Source: an uncultured Oscillospiraceae bacterium (GTDB lineage: Bacteria > Bacillota > Clostridia > Christensenellales > Aristaeellaceae). Taken from it: DNA of 64,000 bases. Both the position numbers and the translations under genes were made by a program. This document shows positions 9,203 through 19,513 of the stretch, in pieces. The number at the start of each line of letters is the position of its first letter. The stretch's first letter is position 1. Under the pieces are notes generated by a model. The model was not told the origin of the DNA. It searched no databases and worked only from the letters and a program-made list of their open reading frames with translations. The DNA is taken from positions 47,105-111,104 of the forward strand of contig CAYFTJ010000001.1 in assembly GCA_964346155.1 (NCBI GenBank), written 5' to 3'.

Positions 9203-10603
9203 ATGGAGACGCACATTACAAAGTACCTAAACAAACGCATTCACTTAATCGGAATTGGTGGCAGTAGTATGTCCGGATTGGCACAAATGCTTGTCCAGGA
9301 GGGTTACGAAGTATCAGGTTCGGATTCAGCAGATAGTCATGCCCTGCACAGATTGAGAGACATGGGCGTTCATGTTCAAGTTGGCCATCATCCTGAAATG
9401 ATTGAAGGTGCGGGCTTGGTTGTTTATTCTGCTGCTATTTCTCCCGAAGATCCCGAGAGACTGGCCGCTAAAAATAACCAAATTCTACAGATGGAACGGG
9501 CAGTTTTATTGGGCCAGCTCATGGAAGGATATGAACATAGAATTTGTGTGAGCGGAACCCATGGTAAAACAACAACGGGAGCAATGGTTGGCTATACTTT
9601 GCTGCGGATGAATCAAGATCCCACCATCCACATTGGCGGGCGACTGGACAGCATTGGCGGCAGCACCCGTTTAGGCAGTAAATCTTTTTTTGTTGCGGAA
9701 GCGTGCGAATTTAACCGTTCTTTTCTACATATGGCGCCTACGCTTGCCTTGCTATTGAATATTGAAGCTGATCATCTTGATGTTTATGGCGATATTGAGC
9801 ACATTGAAGAGGCTTTCTCTGCATTTTTAGACCTTTTGCCTGATGACGGAATCATTGTGGTCAATGCCGAAGACGCAAGAGCGATGCGGGTGGCTCAAAA
9901 TCACTTGTGCAAAATTGTGTCCTTTGGCAAAGAAAAAGGGGACTGGACTTATCAAATTCGCGCGATTGCAGACGATGGAACTCCTACTTTTGCGGTCTAT
10001 CATCAGGGACATGAAAAGGGGACAGTCAAGCTAAAGGTTGCAGGAGAGTTTAACATCTTACACGCTTTGGCGACTATCGCCTCGGTTGATGCTTTGGGGC
10101 TAAATGTACGCGATGCCTGTAAAGCTTTGGATACTTTTACCGCTCCTCACAGACGTTTTGAGCATACAGGCGACATTAACGGCATGAAAATGTATCATGA
10201 CTATGGCCACAATCCTGCCGAAATGGCCAGCGCTATTGATGTTGCGGCTCTGCAAAAGCGCAGGGTGATCGCTGTTATGCAACCTCATACGTACAGTAGA
10301 GTAATTGGTTTGTTTGATGATTATCTAACATGTACTCAAAAAGCCGATATTACTTTGGTAACAGAAATCTATGCCGCCAGGGAAAAAGACCCGGGTACAA
10401 TTAACAGCCAAATGCTCGTGGACGGAATGCAACAACACGGAATCAACGCCATTTTAACACCAAGCTTTGATGATGTGGAGAACTGGTTGTTAACCAATGG
10501 CCGTGAAGGCGATTTGGTTCTGACAATGGGATGTGGAAACATCAACTTACTAAACGAACAGATGCAGCGTAACGCTGATGCTAAACAAATGGAGGATAAA
10601 TGA
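9203..10603 (+). CDS. murC: UDP-N-acetylmuramate--L-alanine ligase
   Basis: It has Mur ligase motifs ([33 protein letters not shown]). Confidence 0.9.
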   Translation: METHITKYLNKRIHLIGIGGSSMSGLAQMLVQEGYEVSGSDSADSHALHRLRDMGVHVQVGHHPEMIEGAGLVVYSAAISPEDPERLAAKNNQILQMERAVLLGQLMEGYEHRICVSGTHGKTTTGAMVGYTLLRMNQDPTIHIGGRLDSIGGSTRLGSKSFFVAEACEFNRSFLHMAPTLALLLNIEADHLDVYGDIEHIEEAFSAFLDLLPDDGIIVVNAEDARAMRVAQNHLCKIVSFGKEKGDWTYQIRAIADDGTPTFAVYHQGHEKGTVKLKVAGEFNILHALATIASVDALGLNVRDACKALDTFTAPHRRFEHTGDINGMKMYHDYGHNPAEMASAIDVAALQKRRVIAVMQPHTYSRVIGLFDDYLTCTQKADITLVTEIYAAREKDPGTINSQMLVDGMQQHGINAILTPSFDDVENWLLTNGREGDLVLTMGCGNINLLNEQMQRNADAKQMEDK

Positions 10604-12411
10604 ACAAGCGTCAACAATTGACCAGAAACTTTTGTATCATTGCACATATCGACCATGGCAAAAGCACCCTGGCCGACCGTATTTTAGAATTGACTGGCGT
10701 ATATGAACAACGTCAAATGATGAATCAGATGCTTGACAGCATGGAGCTTGAAAGAGAAAGAGGAATTACGATCAAGTCTAAGGCTGTACATATGCACTAT
10801 AAAGCTAAGGATGGTAAAACCTATACCTTAAACCTCATCGATACTCCTGGCCATGTCGACTTCACCTATGAAGTGAGCAGGGCTTTGGCGGCATGTGAAG
10901 GGGCGATTTTAGTTGTTGATGCTACTCAGGGTGTTGAAGCCCAAACTTTAGCTAACGTATATTTGGCTCTTGAACATGACCTTGAAATCGTTCCAATTAT
11001 CAACAAAATCGACTTGCCTAGCGCTGAACCTGATCATGCAAAAAAAGAAGTAGAAGAGATGATTGGCTTGGACGCCGAGAACGCTCCATTAGTCTCTGCC
11101 AAAATGGGTACTGGTATTCAAGATGTTTTGGAAGCTATCGTTGAAAATGTACCTCCGCCCGTTGGTGATGAAGAGGCTCCGCTTCAGGCACTTATTTTTG
11201 ATGCGGCCTATGACAATTATCGGGGGGCAATTTGTTTTGTACGTATTGTTGAAGGTAGCTTAAAAGTAGGTACTCGCATACGCATGATGTCCTCAGGCTC
11301 TGAATTTGACGTGGTAGAAGTTGGGCATCTTGGCAATGGGTATTTGCCGTGTAATGAACTAAAAGCCGGCGATGTTGGCTATGTTGCAGCCTCCATTAAG
11401 GAAGTTCGCGAAACCCGTGTCGGTGATACCATTACGGATACCAATCGCCCGGCTAAACAGCCGCTTGCCGGATATAAACAAGTAACGCCCATGGTGTTTA
11501 GCGGTATTTATCCGGCTGACGGCGCAGATTATGGCGCCTTGCAAGACGCTCTTGATAAACTGCGTATGAATGATGCCTCTTTAGTCTATGAACCTGAAAC
11601 AAGCAAGGCCTTAGGCTATGGCTTCAGGTGTGGGTTTTTAGGCCTATTGCATATGGAAATTGTCCAGGAACGCTTGGAAAGAGAGTTTGACCTAAACATC
11701 ATTACCACTGTTCCAAACGTTATCTATAAAGCCAAACTAACCTCGGGTGAAGAAATTAAAATTGACAACCCGGGCAGTTTACCCTCACCCAATGAATACG
11801 ACAGCCTATCTGAGCCCTTTGTTTTGGCAACGATGTATTCGCCTGAAACCTATGTGGGTACTTTAATGGAGCTTTGTCAGGAAAGGCGCGGCGTATTTAA
11901 GGACATGCAGTATGAAAGCGACAGGGTCAAGCTTATCTATCAACTGCCGCTTAACGAGGTAATTTATGACTTTTTTGATCAGCTGAAATCCAGATCAAGA
12001 GGATATGCGTCCCTAGACTATGAATTAACAGGCTATCAGGAAAGCGAATTGGTTAAAATGGATATTCTCCTCAATGGGGAAATCTGCGATGCTTTTACCA
12101 TGATCGTTCATAAGGACAAGGCCTACGAACGCGGACGCAATATTTGTGAAAAATTAAAAGATGTCATTCCGCGCCAACAGTTTGAAATACCCATTCAAGC
12201 AGCCATTGGCGGTAAGATTATTGCCAGACAGACCGTTAGGGCTGTACGTAAGGATGTCTTGGCCAAGTGTTATGGCGGAGACATTAGCCGAAAGAAAAAG
12301 CTGCTTGAAAAACAAAAAGAAGGCAAAAAGCGTATGCGTCAATTCGGATCAGTGGAACTGCCCAGTGAAGCTTTTGTTGCTGTTCTTAAAATGGGAGATG
12401 ATAAGCGTTGA
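10600..12411 (+). CDS. lepA: Translation elongation factor 4
   Basis: GTPase motifs are present ([25 protein letters not shown]), along with the LepA-specific C-terminal domain. The length of 603 aa is typical. Confidence 0.95.
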   Translation: MNKRQQLTRNFCIIAHIDHGKSTLADRILELTGVYEQRQMMNQMLDSMELERERGITIKSKAVHMHYKAKDGKTYTLNLIDTPGHVDFTYEVSRALAACEGAILVVDATQGVEAQTLANVYLALEHDLEIVPIINKIDLPSAEPDHAKKEVEEMIGLDAENAPLVSAKMGTGIQDVLEAIVENVPPPVGDEEAPLQALIFDAAYDNYRGAICFVRIVEGSLKVGTRIRMMSSGSEFDVVEVGHLGNGYLPCNELKAGDVGYVAASIKEVRETRVGDTITDTNRPAKQPLAGYKQVTPMVFSGIYPADGADYGALQDALDKLRMNDASLVYEPETSKALGYGFRCGFLGLLHMEIVQERLEREFDLNIITTVPNVIYKAKLTSGEEIKIDNPGSLPSPNEYDSLSEPFVLATMYSPETYVGTLMELCQERRGVFKDMQYESDRVKLIYQLPLNEVIYDFFDQLKSRSRGYASLDYELTGYQESELVKMDILLNGEICDAFTMIVHKDKAYERGRNICEKLKDVIPRQQFEIPIQAAIGGKIIARQTVRAVRKDVLAKCYGGDISRKKKLLEKQKEGKKRMRQFGSVELPSEAFVAVLKMGDDKR

Positions 12412-14168
12412 AGTGTCCGGTATGTGGTACCTACAATCGAGCTAGTTTTCCAAAGTGCTACAGATGCGGGGCAGAGCTTCCCAAACCTAAAAAGCCTGAG
12501 GTCAAAAAAGAGCCTGCCCTTAAACCCTTATCAGCGACAACTCAGGTTGTTGTTGAACCTGAAAAAAGACAAAAGCCTGATGTTCTTCAGCCACCTAGTA
12601 TAGAAGATAAAAGAAGCGTCAAGCAGAGAAGAGACCACGGAAAGGATATCCAATCAGGACTGGCGGATATTGAAGAAGTGGCCTTTCCTGTTTCTCCTGT
12701 TCGTGAAGTGCTTTATGATCAAACCTTTGATGGCTATGACGGATATGAGCAAAGCCAGCCCGGTTTACATCAAAGCATTCCTTCTAAAAAAAGCCAGCCC
12801 GGCGGAATTCGGTTACATAAAGGCAGAGCAAAACGCAGTCTTTCACGTAGACTATTGGTTATATTGTCGGTTATTTTACTTTTGTCTTCCGCTCTAATTG
12901 CTACATATGTTTTTTGGATAAAACCTGCCTTGATAGAGCGAGGTGTCCTTAAACAAAAACAATCAGGAAGCGTCATCCCTTCAATTTTGGACGATGCAGC
13001 TGCCCATACCATTACGATTCCTGCTGACGATGGAGCCCAGATTTATATCAAAGAACTTCGCAAAAGTTATACCGCTGTTGATGGCGCGGTCGTTTTTCAA
13101 ATCGCTGACCATTTTTGGTATGATAATATTGAAGAAGACCGTGGCAGGGAACAGATTTATATAGAAGATGGGGTGGAGAAAAGACGAATTGTCGATCAGG
13201 TTTTAATCCCTCCGGTGATGGACGTGGAGATTACACCTTACTATCGTGCGGCAAGTGGCGAACAAAAAGCGATGGACCGAATCACTTATCAAATCAACGT
13301 TCCCCAAAGCCCGCTTACTTTAATCCGACCTGACTCCACCTATGCGGAAACAAATTTAAAGCAGTATAGTTTGCGCTTTAAGGTTGAGCCTAATAGTCGT
13401 GTAAAAATTAATGATGTTGACTTGACCGCTTATGTAAATGCGCAGGAAGGGCTTGTAACATATAACGCGGACTTGGGCAATACTGGTGATACCATTTTCA
13501 CCATAGAAGTTCGAAGCCCTTATTATCGTATGACGGTACAGAACGTGACGTTATATCGTGAACCGCAAACCATTTCACTTGAGATTGACGGGACAATTGA
13601 TGATGAAAGCAGCCGTTCTCAGATGGCCATCTTCTGCAGAACCTTGCCGGGAGTTAAAATTACTGTTTTAAGTCCTCACGACAAATTAAACACGGAAAAA
13701 CTGGCAACAACAGGTGAGTTTAGCTTTGATGCCCTGTTTGACCATTATGGGATTAACACTGTTAGAATCATGGCGGAAATGGTTAATCCTGCCGTTGAAG
13801 TCGAACCGACGATTTTGTCTTTTGATGTGAACTATACACCTAATGTTGATGAGTATACCAGAAAAGCCTGGGCATTAAATGATGGCTTTGGCTACTCTGA
13901 CCTGCTTGCCAATATGCAAAAGCGAATCGATTCCACACAAGTGTATGTTTTTACAGGTATTGTAGAGGAATTGATTACAGATAATCCTCAACTGGCGATT
14001 TTTGATGCTGCAGACGGAAAAGTGGCTTCTCCGCTGAAAGTTCTTGTTGAAAATCAAAGTAAAACAGATTGGGTCATTGGCCAAAAGTATACCATTTATG
14101 CCGAAGCCTATGGTGTCTATGATTCCATGCCACGTTTGCTTGGGCGATTTACTTACCGGAAGAAATAA
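12408..14168 (+). CDS. Hypothetical membrane protein: N-terminal zinc ribbon, basic linker, one TM helix, large extracytoplasmic domain
   Basis: The TTG start overlaps the lepA stop. It has CPVCG..CYRCG cysteine pairs, a TM helix ([23 protein letters not shown]) and a beta-rich C-terminal region. No family was recognised. Confidence 0.6.
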   Translation: MKCPVCGTYNRASFPKCYRCGAELPKPKKPEVKKEPALKPLSATTQVVVEPEKRQKPDVLQPPSIEDKRSVKQRRDHGKDIQSGLADIEEVAFPVSPVREVLYDQTFDGYDGYEQSQPGLHQSIPSKKSQPGGIRLHKGRAKRSLSRRLLVILSVILLLSSALIATYVFWIKPALIERGVLKQKQSGSVIPSILDDAAAHTITIPADDGAQIYIKELRKSYTAVDGAVVFQIADHFWYDNIEEDRGREQIYIEDGVEKRRIVDQVLIPPVMDVEITPYYRAASGEQKAMDRITYQINVPQSPLTLIRPDSTYAETNLKQYSLRFKVEPNSRVKINDVDLTAYVNAQEGLVTYNADLGNTGDTIFTIEVRSPYYRMTVQNVTLYREPQTISLEIDGTIDDESSRSQMAIFCRTLPGVKITVLSPHDKLNTEKLATTGEFSFDALFDHYGINTVRIMAEMVNPAVEVEPTILSFDVNYTPNVDEYTRKAWALNDGFGYSDLLANMQKRIDSTQVYVFTGIVEELITDNPQLAIFDAADGKVASPLKVLVENQSKTDWVIGQKYTIYAEAYGVYDSMPRLLGRFTYRKK

Positions 14169-14223
14169 TGAGAAGGTACCAAGCCCGAAAAGTACTGCTG
14201 TAAAAATTAAATTTGAAATACTA

Positions 14224-14252
14224 TTGCATTGTGCTTAATAATAGTGTACAAT
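14224..14252 (+). promoter_or_regulatory. Putative sigma-A promoter (extended -10) for the BMP/ABC operon
   Basis: It reads TTGCAT-17 nt-TACAAT, with TG immediately upstream of the -10 element. Confidence 0.45.
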
Positions 14253-14258
14253 CCAGTT

Positions 14259-14345
14259 GTTCAAAGTTCGAATGTTCGGAATTTGAACAAAATAGAAGAC
14301 AGTCATTCGGTTTTATTTAATAAATTCTTAAAAATAACCGAATGA
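14259..14345 (+). promoter_or_regulatory. PurBox-like operator repeats in the leader of the nucleoside ABC operon
   Basis: The heptamers GTTCAAA, GTTCGAA and GTTCGGAA are followed by an inverted TTTGAAC. AATGTTCGGAATT (14271-14283) is the reverse complement of the B. subtilis PurBox consensus AWWWCCGAACWWT. There is also a perfect 10-bp inverted repeat, TCATTCGGTT-N23-AACCGAATGA (14303-14345). Confidence 0.35.
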
Positions 14346-14372
14346 TGAACACAAAATGATGAGGAGGCTCAC

Positions 14373-15581
14373 ATGAAAAAATTTGTTGTCGTCGTCCTGG
14401 TTCTAATGCTCCTTGGAGTATCTGCCGTTTCTTTAGCACAAGGTGTTGCCAAAGAAGATATCAAATTAGGTGTTATTCTTCTGCATGATGAAGATTCCAC
14501 CTATGATGCTAACTTTATCAACGCTGTGAAAGATGCTCAAGAAGCGTTGGGTTTGTCCGACGGTCAAGTAATTATGAAGCGAAACATCCCTGAATCCAAC
14601 GATTGCTACGAAGCGGCACTTGACTTGGTTGATGATGGTTGCAACATCATTTTCGCAGACAGCTTTGGTCACGAATCTTACCTTTTGCAGGCCGCAAAAG
14701 AAAATCCTGATGTTCAGTTCTGCCATGCTACCGGCACCACTGCGCATACTGTTGGTCTTGACAACTTCCACAACGCTTTTGCCGCCATTTATGAAGGCCG
14801 CTATCTCACTGGCATTGCAGCTGGCATGAAGCTTAATGAACTGCGTGAAGCTGGCAAACTCAAGGGTGATACTCCTCTTCTTGGCTATGTAGGCGCCTTT
14901 ACTTATGCTGAGGTCGTCTCCGGCTACACCAGCTTCTATCTTGGCGCAAAATCTGTTTGTCCCGATGTGACCATGAAGGTGCAGTTTACCGGTTCTTGGT
15001 ACGATGAAAAAGAAGAAAAGACAGCTGCTGAAGCTTTGATTGCAGCCGGTTGTGACGTTATTTCTCAGCACGCCGACTCCATGGGGGCTCCGACCGCTTG
15101 TGAAAACGCCGGTATTCCCAATATTTCTTACAACGTTTCTACTTTTGCTTCTTGCCCCAATACTTATATTGTGGCTTCCCGTATCGACTGGGCTCCTTAC
15201 TTTGAATACCTTATCGGGCAGGTCATGGCCGGTGAAGACGTTGCGACTGACTGGGTTGGTACCATTGAGACCGGTTCTGTTGTACTCGCCGAGCTTAACG
15301 AGCAGGTTGCTGCTCCCGGTACCCAGGAAGCTATTCAGGCGACCATTGAAGCCTTTGCAGAAGGAACCGTTCATGTCTTTGATACTCAAACCGAAGGCTT
15401 CCTTACTGTCGATGGCGCGGCTTTGACCGAAGACTGGCGTCCCGGCGAAGCCACTGACGGAGCCTTTGTTGAAGGGACTAAAATTGTTTACGATGGATAC
15501 TTCCATGAATCCGAATATCGTTCTGCTCCGTATTTTGACATCCAAATCGATGGAATTGAACTGCTTAACAGCAAGTTTTAA
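14373..15581 (+). CDS. BMP-family (PnrA/Med/NupN-like) ABC transporter substrate-binding protein
   Basis: It has a signal peptide followed by BMP-family sequence (KLGVILLHDEDSTYDANF, GYVGAFTYAEVVSG). An ABC ATPase and two permeases follow it. Confidence 0.85.
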   Translation: MKKFVVVVLVLMLLGVSAVSLAQGVAKEDIKLGVILLHDEDSTYDANFINAVKDAQEALGLSDGQVIMKRNIPESNDCYEAALDLVDDGCNIIFADSFGHESYLLQAAKENPDVQFCHATGTTAHTVGLDNFHNAFAAIYEGRYLTGIAAGMKLNELREAGKLKGDTPLLGYVGAFTYAEVVSGYTSFYLGAKSVCPDVTMKVQFTGSWYDEKEEKTAAEALIAAGCDVISQHADSMGAPTACENAGIPNISYNVSTFASCPNTYIVASRIDWAPYFEYLIGQVMAGEDVATDWVGTIETGSVVLAELNEQVAAPGTQEAIQATIEAFAEGTVHVFDTQTEGFLTVDGAALTEDWRPGEATDGAFVEGTKIVYDGYFHESEYRSAPYFDIQIDGIELLNSKF

Positions 15582-15601
15582 TTGACCCGTAAGGGTTTTC
15601 A

Positions 15602-15645
15602 CGACAGGGCTGCTGCTATTAGGGTAGCACCCTGTCGGCTTTTCA
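15602..15645 (+). terminator. Intra-operon hairpin (partial terminator/attenuator) between the binding-protein and ATPase genes
   Basis: The arms cgacaggg and ccctgtcg form a stem with an internal gcta/tagc pairing, followed by gcttttc. This is typical for differential expression of the binding protein. Confidence 0.5.
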
Positions 15646-15678
15646 TTACATTTAACAAAACCCAATCGGAGGAAAACA

Positions 15679-17385
15679 TTGGAACATTCAGTAGCCATTG
15701 AATTAAAAGGAATTACCAAGCGCTTTGGTCAAATTGTTGCAAACTATAATGTTGACCTTGATGTTCGCCGCGGGGAAATATTAGCAATTTTGGGTGAAAA
15801 CGGAAGCGGCAAAACCACCCTGATGAACATGATTGCTGGTATTTACTATCCTGATGAAGGAAAAATATATGTAAATGGCAAAGAGGTGATCATTCGTTCA
15901 CCACAGGATGCTTTTACGCACAAAATAGGCATGATTCACCAACATTTTAAGCTGGTGAATTTATTTACTGCCGCCGAAAACATTGTTCTTGGAGTGGAGG
16001 AAAAAGGCGGTTACGACTTAAAGGCGGTCAACGAGCGTGTCAGTCAAATCGCTCAAAGGTATGGCTTTTATATTGAGCCTAAAAAGAAAATATACGATAT
16101 GTCTGTCTCCGAAAAACAGACGGTCGAAATTATTAAGGTGCTGTATCGAGGGGCAGACATCTTGATTTTAGATGAACCTACAGCGGTTTTAACACCCAAA
16201 GAAAGCGACAGACTTTTTACTGTGCTTCAAAGAATGAAGGACGATGGTAAAGCTGTCATCATCATTACCCATAAAATGAATGAAGTGTTACAGGTGTCCG
16301 ACCGCGTTGCTGTTTTGCGCAAAGGAGAGCATGTAGCAACAGTCGATACCAGGGACACTTCACAGGAAGAGCTTACCGAACTGATGGTGGGTAAAAAAAT
16401 ATCGCTAAATATTGAGCGCACCACGCCCGTTGAACCTAAAAAACGCCTCATTGTAAAAGGATTAAAAGTATCCAATTCTGATGGCAGAAAAGTTCTCGAC
16501 GATGTGTCCTTTTACGCAAATGGAGGAGAAATACTAGGTATTGCCGGCATTGCTGGCAGCGGTCAAAGAGAGCTTTTAGAAGCTATTTCCGGCTTGCAAA
16601 AAATAGATGAGGGGGAAATTACCTTTATCAATCCCAAAGAGAACAAACCTGTTTCGTTTTTTCACAAGTCCTTAAAAACCGTTAAAGATTTGGCTGCTCA
16701 AAATACTTTCCAGACCGAATCAGGACATCCTGTATCGTTTGAAGGCCTATCCTCCAAACAAATCAGGAGATGGGTTGAAGCAGGCGAGGTTCTCTTCATT
16801 GAAGATGAAATAGTAAATCTTAGAGACAAAACCCCGCTTCAAATTCGTGAACTGGGTGTACGGCTTTCTTTTGTCCCTGAAGATCGTTTAGGCATGGGTT
16901 TGGTAGGCTCCATGGGAATTACAGACAATATGATGCTCAGGTCTTATCGTAAGGGCAAAGCAGGATTTTTGGATCGTAGAAAGCCGCGGCAGTTAGCAGA
17001 AGAAATCATTAAAGATCTTGAAGTGGTAACTCCCGGTTCATCAACCCCTGTTCGCCGCTTATCAGGTGGTAACGTTCAAAAAGTGTTAGTTGGTCGAGAA
17101 ATCGCTTTCTCGCCCAAAGTATTGATGGCTGCCTATCCTGTAAGGGGGCTTGATATTAACAGCTCTTACACCATCTATAAGCTTTTAAATCAACAAAAAG
17201 CCAAAGGAGTCGCGGTTCTTTTTGTGGGTGAAGATCTGGATGTATTGCTTGAACTCTGCGACCGTATCATGGTGATTAACTCGGGCAAAGTGTCCGGCAT
17301 TGTCGATGCGCGCAGCGCTACAAAAGAGCAGCTTGGCATGATGATGACCCAAAATACACTGCAAGAAGCAAAGGAGGCCATCTAA
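15679..17385 (+). CDS. ABC transporter ATP-binding protein with duplicated ATPase domains (sugar/nucleoside type) and an insertion in the second domain
   Basis: It has Walker A motifs (GENGSGKTT, GIAGSGQRE), signature motifs (VSEKQTVE, LSGGNVQK) and Walker B motifs (ILILDEP). The TTG start is preceded by ggagg. Confidence 0.85.
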   Translation: MEHSVAIELKGITKRFGQIVANYNVDLDVRRGEILAILGENGSGKTTLMNMIAGIYYPDEGKIYVNGKEVIIRSPQDAFTHKIGMIHQHFKLVNLFTAAENIVLGVEEKGGYDLKAVNERVSQIAQRYGFYIEPKKKIYDMSVSEKQTVEIIKVLYRGADILILDEPTAVLTPKESDRLFTVLQRMKDDGKAVIIITHKMNEVLQVSDRVAVLRKGEHVATVDTRDTSQEELTELMVGKKISLNIERTTPVEPKKRLIVKGLKVSNSDGRKVLDDVSFYANGGEILGIAGIAGSGQRELLEAISGLQKIDEGEITFINPKENKPVSFFHKSLKTVKDLAAQNTFQTESGHPVSFEGLSSKQIRRWVEAGEVLFIEDEIVNLRDKTPLQIRELGVRLSFVPEDRLGMGLVGSMGITDNMMLRSYRKGKAGFLDRRKPRQLAEEIIKDLEVVTPGSSTPVRRLSGGNVQKVLVGREIAFSPKVLMAAYPVRGLDINSSYTIYKLLNQQKAKGVAVLFVGEDLDVLLELCDRIMVINSGKVSGIVDARSATKEQLGMMMTQNTLQEAKEAI

Positions 17386-18510
17386 TTGAAAAATAAAGTT
17401 TCAGCTCAAAAAGAACCGCTTGTTCATTTGACAAAGCGGATGGAAATAGCTCCTTTACGCGCTCTTGCAGTACGTATAATCGCTTTTGTGCTAGGTATGT
17501 TCTTTTGCGGATTGGTGGCGTTTTTGCTTATCGAACGGTTGAATGAGAATCCCGAGAGAATCGGTGAGTTTTACCAATGCTTTATTAAAGGACCTTTTTC
17601 AACAAACAGAAAACTCTGGAAGTTTCTAAAAAATGCCGCTGTGCTTTTATGTATCGCTCTTGCTTTGACCCCAGCATTCCGTATGCGTTTTTGGAATACT
17701 GGCGCCGAGGGGCAAACGCTTGTGGGAATATTAGGAGCTATTTCTGTTAATTTTTATCTTGGCGGACAAATTCCCGAATGGCAGTTGCTCACCCTAATGT
17801 TAGTGGCTTCTCTTGCTTGCGGTGCAATATGGGGCGTGATTCCCGCAATCTTTAAAGCTAAGTGGGGGACCAATGAGACGCTTTTTACTTTGATGATGAA
17901 TTATGTTGCGACGTACCTGGTTTCTTACTTTTTGGTTATTTGGGTTCCAAATGGCTCTTCTTCACTTGGCAAACTGAGCCACGGAAAGTTGCCGTCTTTT
18001 TATCATGATTATTTTGTTATTATTATCATTGCTTTGGTATTAACTGTTATATTACATATTTATTTAACTCAAAGCAAACATGGTTATGAAATATCCGTGG
18101 TAGGGGAAAGTGAAAATACTGCCCGATATGTGGGTATTGATGTCAATAAAGTTATTGTAAGAACAATGCTCCTTTCCGGTTTACTATGCGGTTTGGCAGG
18201 TTATTTAATAGGAGCCGGTCTTGACCAGTCGATTACGGCAGAATCAGTAGGCGGGCAAGGTTTTACCGCTATCATGGTTTCTTGGATGGCGAAATTCAAT
18301 CCTCTGGCCATGGTTGTCACTTCTGCTCTTATTTCTGCGTTAGATCAGGGTGCTGCGCAAATCAGCCAAGATTTTAACGTGTCCGGAGCTTTTCCCAACG
18401 TAATCGTGGGTATTGTTCTATTTTTCATTATTGCCAGCGAATTTTTTATTAATTATGAAGTTCATTTTCGTAAAAGTCATCATGCTGCTAAGGGGGAAGT
18501 AAAGGAATGA
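17386..18510 (+). CDS. ABC transporter permease (BMP/nucleoside type)
   Basis: The product is polytopic and hydrophobic. The TTG start is preceded by aaggagg, and the gene lies directly downstream of the ATPase. Confidence 0.8.
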   Translation: MKNKVSAQKEPLVHLTKRMEIAPLRALAVRIIAFVLGMFFCGLVAFLLIERLNENPERIGEFYQCFIKGPFSTNRKLWKFLKNAAVLLCIALALTPAFRMRFWNTGAEGQTLVGILGAISVNFYLGGQIPEWQLLTLMLVASLACGAIWGVIPAIFKAKWGTNETLFTLMMNYVATYLVSYFLVIWVPNGSSSLGKLSHGKLPSFYHDYFVIIIIALVLTVILHIYLTQSKHGYEISVVGESENTARYVGIDVNKVIVRTMLLSGLLCGLAGYLIGAGLDQSITAESVGGQGFTAIMVSWMAKFNPLAMVVTSALISALDQGAAQISQDFNVSGAFPNVIVGIVLFFIIASEFFINYEVHFRKSHHAAKGEVKE

Positions 18511-19460
18511 ATGTTTGGTTAAATTTTCTGGTTGACTCTTTAGCCTTTGGTGCAACATTTATTTATGGTTCGACAGGCGAAATCATTACGGAGAAAAGCG
18601 GACACCTGAACCTTGGTATTCCTGGCATTATGTGCATGGGCGGTGCAGGCGGTTGCTATATGCTTAACCTGATCGGTCAATCAAGCATGCATCCTGCCTT
18701 GATTGTGCTCTTAGGCATACTTTCTTCCTTTGCTGCGGCTGCTTTGATGGGGCTTATTTATGGCTTTTTAACCATCAGCATGCGTGCCAATCAAAACGTT
18801 ACCGGGCTTGCACTCACGACTTTTGGCGCCGGCCTTATGAAAGTTATCATGTCTAAATTGGATGCTACCATCTATCTGGTAGGCCCTAAGATGTTATATC
18901 GCTGGCCTTTTGCTCACCGACAGGACGCTTTGCAAACCCTTGGGGTAATGTTTTTCCTGGCGATTGCGTTGGCTATTGGTGCCTCATGGGTTTTGTATCG
19001 CACAAAGGTGGGGCTTCAGTTGAGAGCGGTAGGGGAAAACCCTGCTACGGCTGACGCTGTCGGAATCAATGTAACCAAGTATAAGTATCGTGCGACCACT
19101 ATTGGTGGCGGTATTGCCGGATTGGGTGGTTTTTACTATATCATTAACTATATGGCATCTCAGGAAGCATACTTGAGCATTGAGTCTCTTGGATGGCTTT
19201 CAATAGCCCTGGTTATCTTTGTGCTTTGGAGACCGCACATGACCATTATTGGGTCCACTGTCTTTGGCTTTTTGTTTTCATGCTCTTCCTATATTGCCAA
19301 TATTGAGGGAGTAACCGTCACGATGGCTGCTAAGCCCCTGCTCAAAATGCTTCCCTATGCAGTTACCATTATTGTGCTTATTATTTCCAGTATTCGCAAC
19401 AAGCAGGAAAATCAACCCCCGGCATCTCTTGGTTTGCCATACTTTAGAGAAGAAAGATAA
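18507..19460 (+). CDS. ABC transporter permease (second subunit)
   Basis: The product is polytopic and hydrophobic. It overlaps the preceding permease by 4 nt. Confidence 0.8.
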   Translation: MNVWLNFLVDSLAFGATFIYGSTGEIITEKSGHLNLGIPGIMCMGGAGGCYMLNLIGQSSMHPALIVLLGILSSFAAAALMGLIYGFLTISMRANQNVTGLALTTFGAGLMKVIMSKLDATIYLVGPKMLYRWPFAHRQDALQTLGVMFFLAIALAIGASWVLYRTKVGLQLRAVGENPATADAVGINVTKYKYRATTIGGGIAGLGGFYYIINYMASQEAYLSIESLGWLSIALVIFVLWRPHMTIIGSTVFGFLFSCSSYIANIEGVTVTMAAKPLLKMLPYAVTIIVLIISSIRNKQENQPPASLGLPYFREER

Positions 19461-19463
19461 AGA

Positions 19464-19497
19464 AATCAGCGAACGAATTATCTGCCGTTCGCTGATT
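19464..19497. terminator. Hairpin terminator shared by the convergent ABC operon and xpt
   Basis: The perfect 12-bp arms aatcagcgaacg and cgttcgctgatt flank a 10-nt loop. Confidence 0.65.
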
Positions 19498-19513
19498 GTA
19501 AATATCAAATATC

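Noticed and set aside
14466-15719. A 417-aa ORF on the minus strand, fully antisense to the BMP binding-protein gene. It is the longest unexplained ORF in the window.
   Set aside because: It lies in the exact codon-complement register of the sense gene, so its openness follows from the sense gene avoiding TTA, CTA and TCA codons. Its translation is low-complexity (G/S/N/V/F-rich) with no Shine-Dalgarno motif and no recognisable domain. The sense gene has clear family identity and operon context. I treat it as a shadow ORF. The same applies to the +2-frame ORFs 14620-14829 and 15040-15426.
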